Origin: Eledone cirrhosa
Taxonomy: Eukaryota
Length of the DNA: 64,000 nucleotides
Assembly (NCBI GenBank): GCA_964016885.1
Contig: OZ024740.1
Location: forward strand, 234,050,001 to 234,114,000
Reading direction: 5' to 3'
The position numbers were made by a program, and so were the translations under genes. Under the pieces are notes generated by a model that was not told the DNA's origin, ran no database searches, and saw nothing but the letters and a program-made list of their open reading frames with translations. Shown here in pieces: positions 53,615 through 64,000 of the stretch (positions are counted from its first letter, which is position 1; each line of letters begins with the position of its first letter).

Positions 53615-53929
53615 ACACACATATATATATATACACATATATATATATACACATATATATATATATATATATACACATATATATGTGTGTGTGTGTATTT
53701 GTATATTATGTGTGATTACATGTATGTATAAATGTATGTATGTATGGTTTAATGTATGCGTGTATGTATGCTTGTATGTATGTATTTATGTATGTATTTA
53801 TTTATGTATGCATGTATGTATTTATGTATGTATTTATGTATGTATGTATGTATGTATGTATGTATGTATGTATGTATGTATGTATGTATGTATGTATTTA
53901 TGTATGCATGTATCTCTTTCTCTTAATTT

Positions 53930-54980
53930 CGAGTATATTTTTTTGACCGGCCACCTTCCTGCTGGCAAGGTTGTAAAAGAAAAGAAATTGTCATCCCTTG
54001 AATCGCAAGAATATTTTGCAAATTTTGAAGGTGCCAGCTATCGCAGCCATTTGTAGACTATGAATTAGGGAGCTGCGCTTTTTGTCCGCAAATCCAAGTT
54101 CAGTCATACTTTGGTCTAAGCGGGTTGGTATATAACCCGTAGCTCCAATAATTGTTTCTACTATTGGCACAAGGCCAGAAAATTACCCAGTACATTACTG
54201 GTACTTTATTTTATCGACCCCGTAAGGATGAAAGGCAAAGTTAACCTCGGCGGGATTTGAACTCAGAATGGCAAGGGCCGTAACTCTATGCGTCAAAGCA
54301 TGGCATCCGAACCTCTACCGATACTGCCAATCCACCCGTAGCTCCAATAATGATGGGTATGAAGCTAAAGGTGTATCTTGGATACTGGATTTGTAAACTC
54401 CTCATCAATGGTCCGTAGATGTCCTCCTTCTCCTGTATTTTTCTGACAACGTTTACATCAAGTGGGCAGCTGATCTCCACAACAGAACACGTTTTCAATG
54501 TGTGGTCCCAATGTATGTATGTATACATGTATGTATGTATGTATGTATGTATGTATGTATGTATGTATGTATGTATGTATGTATGTCCGGGAGAGATGAC
54601 CCCTTAGCCTTTGTCAAGGCAGAATTCTAGGAGAAGGAAAACTCTGATATAACACCTGCAACCCTGATGGTATCCAATGATGTTGACTTGTTCTTCTTTT
54701 TGGTAAATATCATCTTGGTCAAGAGAGTGGGACTGGCTTTGTGCAGTGCCTTTGCTCACTATAAAAGCTTCACGGCACAGGCATTGCTTTATATCTGGAG
54801 ATCTCTCTGCATTTGTCGTCACATGGTACCATGGGCCCAGCACTATGTGTCAATAATTGTCACAAGTGTAGTGTTTGTACCAGAGCTTTCAAGTCGCTGG
54901 CTGGACTAAAAAGTCACACTCGTTCAGCGCATCAGTAGGGGTTCTCCTACATGGATATAAAGTAGTGGCCGTACTCGAAA
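53930..54980 (-). mobile_element. R4/Dong-like RLE element fragments, interrupted by a SINE (54153-54333) and a (TATG)n tract
   Basis: VVEISCPLD...EKEDIYGPL...IPIIIGATG (RLE domain); SINE flanked by the TSD acccgtagctccaataat. Confidence 0.72.
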
Positions 54981-56059
54981 ACGAGTTGGCAGCCACCATG
55001 TATGTATGTATGTATGTATGCATGTATGTATGTATGTGATTACTCCCTGCTATATAGAGGCGACACATGAGGTACATCCAGCAGAAACATTAAGATACTG
55101 GAGGCCTTTATCATCCAATGTCTCCAAAAGATCGACTGTTTCAGTCACCTGCCGAGATATGATTTCACACAAACACTATTGAATACACACTATACAGGCA
55201 TCAACTTAATAGGTTCGGACATGTAATACATGTGTCTGACATGTAACACATGTTCGGATATGTAATACATGTTCTTTACACCAACATTCATATGTTCCGT
55301 CCATGATAGAAGCTACATATCAAAGGATAGAATGTACAGTCTGCCAAAGACCCACAAATGAAGAAGATGGTCATTATGAGATTACATGAACAACCATAGC
55401 ATATGTCGAAGTATAGACAATATCTAATGCATTTTTAATATGACATAAAAGATGTCAGTGCTGATATGGTACGCATCAAAACATGAGGCATCAAAACACT
55501 TTTTTATTGGCTTAGACAGCATACAACAAAAAGACTCGCGCAGAATGAGTGTGTATTTGTTTATGTGTGTGACTTCAAGAAGGCGTTTGATAGACTCAAG
55601 TTTATTTTTCATATAACTGTTACTTGAGAAGGAAACAATGCTTTGAAACTTTAAAACAAACTGAACAGCTCTACTTAGACTGTATGGTCCTGTAACTTTT
55701 GAGGGTGTCGTGGGGGTGCTGTATTGACATACTGTGTTTCTAGTGCTTCCTTTTAAAACCTGGCGGAGCCCATCTGTTCTCCAGATCTGAACACAGCAGA
55801 TTTCTTCCAGAGAAGGATAGAGAGTGAGAGAATGGAAATGAGAAAGATATATAGAGGAAGAATCGACCCCAGTACTAGACTGGTACTTTTTTATCGACTT
55901 CGAATGGGTGAAAGACAAAGTTGAACTCGGTGTGATTTAAACTCGGAGATCAGAGAGCCGAAACGAATACCTCAACGCATTCTATCCGACGTCCTAATGA
56001 CTCTGCCAATTCACAGCCTTACTTAGACTCATGTTAAAGAGGGATGCATGTTAGATTAC

Positions 56060-56570
56060 TACACAACTTATCCGACAATTAGTCTCAAGACAGAGACCAT
56101 GTCCATGACATCCACAGACTTTCCTTCCAAGAATGGATAGATAGAAACGATTGTTATGTCTGTAGAGAAATGAGTGTAGAGAAAGTAATTCCAGAGGTTT
56201 GACATTCTGTGGAAGAAGTATTGGACATATTTGGTAGAGTACGAGAGAGAAAGAAATATAAATTCCAAGAGAGGGAGCTTTTAATTAGATATGTTTTGGT
56301 TATATGTTGTATTCAAATGGTTAGTTCCGAAGAGCGTGAGGAATTGTAGTAGCCGTACAAAACATAGTGTAAGTATACAGTCTCTTTGTAGATCAGATAC
56401 TGGAGTATATTGATGGATGAATCTTCGCGAATTAGTCGGATGACCCTTTTTCGATGTGCTCTAAGATGTCTGCGTGTGTGCGTGGCAACAACAATGTTTC
56501 ATATGTGAGAGAAAGTACCTGATTTTGAGGCCTAAGTTAAGCTTTATAGTGAGCCAGCAACAGTTATAAC
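56060..56570 (-). mobile_element. CR1/L2-like LINE 3' fragment
   Basis: QYFFHRMSNLWN resembles the CR1/L2 C-terminal FF-R----WN motif. Confidence 0.5.
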
Positions 56571-56788
56571 GAACATATACTAAACAATAGTAGCTAAATA
56601 ATATAACTATATCACACAATCAGTGTGATCTTCAGTCACTAATAACCCAGTTTTAATATAGCGGGGAAACAATTTCGATATTTAATCTGTATGTTTGTTT
56701 TGTTGGTTAATTTGGTTTTAGTAAAACTCATTTTAAACTGCGTTTCTTATCATTGTTGCATGTGTGAATCTTATAAGAATAAAAGCTA

Positions 56789-56960
56789 CTGTATTTCCCG
56801 GCGTCGAAGACGCTACTTTTTTCCTAAATTAAGTCTCTCTCAAAAATCTACCATGCTTCCCGGAGGCCGAAGGCTGTTTATTATTTCTTTTCAAATTTTT
56901 GGTTATCAAAATTAGGGTGCGTCCTCGAGGACGAAGCATCTTCGGCGCCAGGAAATACGG
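56789..56960. mobile_element. Tigger/pogo-like MITE
   Basis: TA|ctgtatttcccggcgtcgaagacgc ... gcatcttcggcgccaggaaatacgg|TA. Confidence 0.72.
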
Positions 56961-57019
56961 TACTTATATATTCTATATGTCATCAGATCGACTCTCCATA
57001 TTTCTTTTCAATGGCTGAC

Positions 57020-57270
57020 AATATCTTACCGGCGCCACTCGAGGTTAGCTGGATATGCTCACCGACATCCAGAGTTGACATTGCACTCAGTGCTCCTTTT
57101 GGAGCCCCTACATGGACACACTAGAAGAGGAAGACCAAGGTTAACGTATGTTGATGCCCTAAGGACAGACACTGGTCTGTTGGAGACGCAGGACATGGCA
57201 GCGATAATGAGGGACAGAGACCGCTGGAGAGAACTCGTCCATGGATCTCGGGAATTTTACCCGCCTTAGA
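57020..57270 (+). mobile_element. RTE-like LINE 3' fragment
   Basis: EPLHGHTRRGRPRLTYVDALRTDTGL...MRDRDRWRELV. Confidence 0.65.
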
Positions 57271-57419
57271 TAGATAGATGTCATCAGAGACGAGTTATGA
57301 TTATTTCTTCTGCATAAAATGTTAACAGTATATATGAGTGGAAAGCAGTGCAGCAGTAAGATCTCACATTGGTAATTAGAAAGAAGGATCAGAGTGAAGT
57401 ACTCTAGAAAATGTTTTAC

Positions 57420-57513
57420 CTCCATTAATGACGTAAACCTGTATTTGTCTTCGGGTGGACTACCTCTGGTTGCAGGAAATTCCCAGTCCATATCAAAACC
57501 ATCAAAATTGTAT
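57420..57513 (-). CDS. GH18 chitinase catalytic exon
   Basis: YNFDGFDMDWEFP contains an intact DxxDxDxE catalytic motif. Confidence 0.95.
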
Positions 57514-57963
57514 CTGTTAATATTCAAATGTACATTATATAGGGTTAATTTCTTTAAAAGTCAAATATAGTATATTTTTCATTTCCAATATCGCATCACA
57601 AAGATGAAATATTATACACACACACACATACACATATGCGTGCGCATACACACACACAAACACACACACATACAAACATATATATATATAAATACATACC
57701 CACAGACACACATACATACATACACACACACATACATACATATTTGTATACATATATATATATAACGAAGGAGTTGTGGTAAGGAACCAGATGGACCATA
57801 ACGCACCAGAGTACTCAATACTTAGGGTAGTAGAGTGGGTAATATGAGAAAGTATGACCCCGACGGCAAAGCTCAAGCCGTTTCGACGGCTATTTCTGGC
57901 CTATTTTAGTCCAGAAATAGCCGTCGAAACGGCTTGAGCTCTGCCGTCGGGGTAATACGTTCT

Positions 57964-58037
<74 letters not shown>

Positions 58038-58226
58038 CAAAGAAAGTGGACTATAACGCACCAGAGTACTTGATACTTAGGATAGTAGAGTGGGTAATAG
58101 GGAAAGAGTCAGAGCTGTCGAAACGGCCGGAGCTCAGCCGTCGAGGTATATATATATACGAAATTTCTATACATATTTGTATACAGCTATGCCTGAAGCT
58201 AAATCCTATTTCTATATATATAATAT

Positions 58227-58269
<43 letters not shown>

Positions 58270-58290
58270 AAGGCGGGTAAAATTCCCGAG

Positions 58291-58341
<51 letters not shown>

Positions 58342-58344
58342 TAT

Positions 58345-58390
<46 letters not shown>

Positions 58391-58615
58391 TATAATATAT
58401 ATAATATATATATATATAGGAACAAGTAAGACCCCGACGGCTGAGCTCAAGCCGTTTCGACGGCTAATTTCAGTACAGAATTAGCCGTCGAAACGGCTTG
58501 AGCTCAGCCGTCGGGGTCTTACTTGTTCCTATTACCCACTCTACTACCCTAAGTATTGAGTACTTTGGTGCGTTATGGTCCACCTGGTTCCTTACCACAT
58601 TTCCTTCGTTATATA

Positions 58616-58646
<31 letters not shown>

Positions 58647-58860
58647 ATATACTGCCGAACTCGCGACAGAACATCTACTTTTACTGATGGACCCACTCTG
58701 CATCATACCATGTATCGAGTACTTCTTTGATTTGTGGTCCCAGTAACGCAGACTATCAATATTTAGTCAACATCTTCTTTTTTTCCTCTTTCTTACATCT
58801 ATTTGACAGCGTTAATCTAGCTAACTTCCAAATGATCAGAAACAATAACATTCCACTTAC

Positions 58861-59023
58861 TTGCGTAAATATTTGATTACATTTTCTATCCAAATGCGGC
58901 GGTTGTCTTCATTGGCTACCATTGGTATGAAAGGCTCAGAACCAATAATCCAGCCCCCAACAGCTAGTAGAATCTTTAATTTAGGGTTCTTTTTCTTCAG
59001 AGATAATGTCCGGGCATAAAGAC
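58861..59023 (-). CDS. GH18 chitinase exon
   Basis: LYARTLSLKKKNPKLKILLAVGGW...IKYLRK; canonical AG/GT; phases compatible with neighbours. Confidence 0.92.
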
Positions 59024-59776
59024 CTTGGGAATAGAAACGATAGATTTATTTTATTATATTTATTAAGCACGTGTAGAGACAGAATAGGCCATTCATTTTA
59101 AATTATCGTAAATTGAGAATTAGGAAGAATAGATGGGATTTGTCTAACACTGACATCGGGATATTTTAGAAAAGAGAATGTTTCACCTTCTATATACTGA
59201 AGGCTTTTAATAATATGCCGCCATCATAGAGACTAGACTGTTAACAACATTTTAATTACATCCATCAAAGTCGCTGTAAGGCTGCCAAACGTTTTCTAAG
59301 ACATCGGGATTCTCGGATGTAGACAATGTCCAACCGTTTTAGTTATAGCCACCATTAGATTCTTAAAGTATTGAAGAGTATGGAGAATAACACAATGCAT
59401 TGTGTATACTCTACATAGTTAAACCATGCATAATGTCTTCTTCTTTAGTTCCTTTTGCTCTCTACGGAGCATTAGGTGATGTTCGTCAGTTCTATCACAA
59501 TTTTGATTAACGGAGGTTAGATTGCAAGTTGCACGCTCCAACCCTCCTCCTTTGCCGTTTTGTCCGCGGGGCGCAGCACTCCTGCCGCCTTGCCCTAGGC
59601 CCAACGCCCAATCTTCTGCGACACCAGAGCTTTTACCATCCCTTCCCCTTCCTGTTCTTTTTCTTCTTTCTTTCTCTCTTTGTTTTCGTTTTTCTATATT
59701 TCCCTATTCTTTCTTTTCTTGTCCAGAAATAGCCGTCGAAACGGCTTGAGCTCTGCTGTCGGGGTCATACATTTTC

Positions 59777-59818
<42 letters not shown>

Positions 59819-59855
59819 AAATAAAGATTCGAAGGCATGGTATAAATTTCCAATC

Positions 59856-59940
59856 ATTTTAATCGTTACACATGTTTCAATCAGAGATAGATCGATCGTG
59901 TGGCCATGATCGATTATCACTGATCTCGTCAGGTGAAAAT
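59856..59940 (-). ncRNA. Hammerhead-like motif with a long stem II and poor stem I
   Basis: CUGACGA-GAUCAG...CUGAUU-GAAA-CAUGUG-UA. Confidence 0.6.
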
Positions 59941-60237
59941 GAATTGTCATCAAATCCTTGATATGAGGGAGAAAATTTAAGGATGTTCACTCACTAGAGT
60001 TTTGTCCCCCATATGAAGATTGAGCAGCCAAAACACTCCGACTGCTATCGTCTAAAATGATTGGAAATTTATACCATGCCTTCGGATCTTTATTTTGATA
60101 CAAATACTCCGTTTTACATCATCTAGCTGTTCCCATAAATGGAATTGGAGATATACAAAAGCGTGGAGAACTTAATATTGCTAACAAAAGTTTATTCGAC
60201 CGTATGGCACAACCAATAATACACCTTACTATATCAC

Positions 60238-60307
<70 letters not shown>

Positions 60308-60337
60308 ATTATGTAATAAACAACATAAGGCAATTAT

Positions 60338-60395
60338 TCCATTTACCAGTGGTTTCTTAAAAGCAAAAGGTTTTGCTTTCAATCCTCAGAATGAA
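60338..60395 (-). ncRNA. Type I hammerhead ribozyme (inverted copy of 60469-60526)
   Basis: Exact reverse complement of the plus-strand motif. Confidence 0.8.
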
Positions 60396-60468
60396 AAATC
60401 CTGGTTTGTTTATTGAATATGGATTCTAAGGTTTTTAGAATCCATATTCAATAAACAAACCAGGATTT

Positions 60469-60526
60469 TTCATTCTGAGGATTGAAAGCAAAACCTTTTG
60501 CTTTTAAGAAACCACTGGTAAATGGA
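60469..60526 (+). ncRNA. Type I hammerhead ribozyme
   Basis: UUCAUU-CUGAGGA-UUGAAAGCAAAAccUUUUGCUUUUAA-GAAA-CCAcUGG-UA-AAUGGA. Confidence 0.82.
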
Positions 60527-60626
60527 ATAATTGCCTTATGTTGTTTATTACATAATAATAATAATTAAGCTCTGTTGCATACATAGAGCACTCTTTTTTC
60601 CTGGACTTTTCCGATGGAATTACTTC

Positions 60627-60806
<180 letters not shown>

Positions 60807-60926
60807 ATTGTTTCTACGTTAGGCACAAGGCCAGCAAATACCCAGTGTATTACTGGTCAAATCCAAAGAGGGCTCGTTAAGGGTGAAACCAGCGATTCTT
60901 TGCTTAAACTTTAATCTGTTATTTTA

Positions 60927-60966
<40 letters not shown>

Positions 60967-61023
60967 GCATACATACACACATATATATACACACAAACAC
61001 ACACACACACATATATATATATA

Positions 61024-61138
<115 letters not shown>

Positions 61139-62497
61139 TATATAAAAAAAATTATATATATAAATATATGATAAGAGAAAAAACGAGAAATAACCCAAGA
61201 CAGCCTGTATTCGACGTTCCAATTAAATTATATTCATTCAAATCCCAGCGTCATAGTGTACACTAATGTCGTGAATGACTCTCAACTACAGCATATCCGA
61301 TTAAAAGATATTGATCACATTTTTTCAGTGTCATATATCTTACAGAGATGAGTAGGCCGGTGATATGTAGGGTATAAATATTTGATTAAGTAAAATGTTT
61401 TTAACCTAGATGTTTCTGCTCACATGTTTCTGCTCACATACTACCGATAAAGCTTTACACACTAACACATCTGCTATCCAATCGTCAAACTATAGACATC
61501 GCAAATTTCTTCTGCTACTACTACTACAACAGTTTCTACTTCTTGACACTATTAAATTACGTATTATTCCTTCCATGCCTACATGTATTATCTGCATATC
61601 TTCCTCTCATTCTGTAAACATTTCAATTAATCTTTCCTCTCCAGAACTGCATATCTCTCACTAGAATATTCTCCACGACTGAGTCCTCCAAACATGCATC
61701 AATCTAAATGAAATAAAATTCAGCAAATCCACCCAGATATTATCAATATTAGAATCAATTAGATTAAACAATATAAAATTCGATAGACCTATGCACCGCT
61801 GATAAAGTCAGAATAAGTTCAAAACATGTCTGGCAATGTCTGCCGTATTTTCTGAGAAAATGAAAACTATATCAATGAGACACACTCACACATACAGCCT
61901 AAGTACACAGCTCACAAATACAAGATGGTGTAAAACAGAACAAAGGAGAGTAACAACAAAAGTAGTCACAGAATGTGTGACGAAATAGCTTTAGCAATCA
62001 ACTGATAAACAAGCATCCGTTTATTAAACTAACCGACGGAGAAATTATAATAAATTGAAGGGAAATCCAACAGATGCATGTGTTTTTTATTGACAGCATG
62101 ACTTTCCCAAAGTATAACAATATCTGTTTCAACATACGTTTTCAGATAAAACAAAAATCTGGCAAAACAAATACATAAACGAAAACTATAACAATCATTG
62201 GCTAATATCGTTTCTTTTTATTTCCCACATATTTATCTTTTTGTAATGACCACGCATTAAACATGTTAACACTAATTTGATTATTGTTTTCATACAAATG
62301 GCATCTCCGAACTAATTGGTATATATTTCATCGAACACATTATGGAAAGGTGTAATGCAAAGTCGACTTATATGAGGCTCTTAACTCGGGATGCAGTTGT
62401 ACCTATCTAAATACAATTTGCTATTTTTTATATAATAATAAAAATATATATTTAATGAGGAAAAGTAAAGAAGATTGCGTTCTATAAAGTGATTTAC

Positions 62498-62680
62498 CTG
62501 ATCCAGGTGATATGTCATTCCAATTAAAAGGTCTCAGGTTACGACCATCATCAGATATGTCAACGAAAGCATAAATGACGTGGGTACATAAAAAAGGATC
62601 AATATTTTCAGGTAGGAATTCGCCAATACCTGGACGAGTCTGGGCAAAGCTGCTGTAGTAGCAGAATACTTTCTTGGACC
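62498..62680 (-). CDS. GH18 chitinase exon (first one visible)
   Basis: KKVFCYYSSFAQTRPGIGEFLPENIDPFLCTHVIYAF, the GH18 N-terminal motif; ttgccag acceptor, gtaaat donor. The signal-peptide exon was not located. Confidence 0.92.
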
Positions 62681-63011
62681 CTGGCAAGAGAGAGAGAGAT
62701 TGACAGATTCATGAATAGAATTCATTTCAGAGAAATATAAATGGTATAAAATACATACAATGTACATTGAATGGTGCCTACAAGATTTTAGACACATACA
62801 ATCGCAGATAGATCATGAACATATATATACAATCACAGAAACAAATATAGACGCATAGTCATAAAAACATATAGTGTGACACACACAGATACACATGCAC
62901 ACACACTCTTAGAAACATATAGAAGCATACATATAAATATATACACAATTATGTATACATATACGTAATACATGTACATACACATATACAGACACACACA
63001 CGCACACACAT

Positions 63012-63061
<50 letters not shown>

Positions 63062-63107
63062 TATACATATATATATATATATAAATATGTATATATATAT
63101 ATATATA

Positions 63108-63200
<93 letters not shown>

Positions 63201-64000
63201 TGTATATATATATATATACAGTATATATATACTGTATATATATATATGAACAGAAGCCCCCTCAATTCAATCTATACATGGACAGATGGACAATCATATG
63301 GATCATTTTGCATATATGTACTCTGTGTTTTTGCATTTATTCACTATTGGTTCTGTTCTTTTCTTTTGTGGACTTTATGTCTGTTTTCTTTGATTTTGTT
63401 CCATGTGATGGAAATTATGACTGTGTACCAGATTGACTAATGCCTTGAACCCTGTAGTTTGCCCTCCGTTATAATGTACGGCACTGTCGTTCAATATGTT
63501 GATAGAGTAACTGTGACACTAGAATCTCTCTCAGAACTTATTACTTAAACATCTCTCTCCATATTATTTACTCACATCAATCTATATATTTTTACTCAAT
63601 CCGAATTATCACTTGAAACATTTTTGAATTTCGAATTTTTTAATTTTTTAATTGTTTAATTTATAATCTCTGATATTTGATTTAGGATTTTAATTTTTAA
63701 TTTTTATTTCCAACTCTCACACTTAACTTCCAATGTAAAACCATGATAGCTAGAATTAAGTTTATTTTCCCTTATGAGTTGATGGTCAGTCTTACTGTCA
63801 ACGCTTAGTGTAAGGTAGTATTATGACCTGTAAAAACTAACACCCTCCTATCCCATCTGGCTTTCGGCTGACTGCCACAGCCGTGATGGGTAGCAGTAAA
63901 CTTTGGTAGGGCATAGGTGGGCCATTGTTTTGGTTGAGAGGGTGAACTGACAAAGCGAATTTCGTTGAAATCTGCGGTGGCTAATGGTCAACTTCCTTCG

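Noticed and set aside
63278-63436. Hydrophobic ORF resembling a signal peptide near the chitinase 5' end
   Set aside because: It is on the plus strand, opposite to the chitinase, and resembles the low-complexity PLE UTR sequence found next to (TA)n.

Overview
AT-rich, microsatellite-dense animal genomic DNA, probably an octopus or other cephalopod (inferred from SINE and microsatellite content, not verified). There are two convergent host genes: the last four exons of an SLCO/OATP organic-anion transporter (+, 54-19232) and nine exons of a GH18 chitinase with a C-terminal CBM14 domain (-, 62680-25291). The introns and intergenic DNA are packed with mobile elements: two head-to-tail Tx1/L1-like LINEs, three Penelope-like (GIY-YIG) fragments, a ~6 kb Rep/Hel Helitron, RTE, R4/Dong-like and CRE-like fragments, a tRNA-derived SINE and several MITEs. 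The most striking unannotated signal is a set of at least 12 recognisable type I hammerhead ribozyme motifs (CUGANGA...GAAA...UH). They belong to several families of short elements, most abutting (TA)n tracts. Many occur as fold-back palindromes, and in several the symmetry axis is the hammerhead stem II itself. All structures were folded by eye; coordinates may be off by a few bases.
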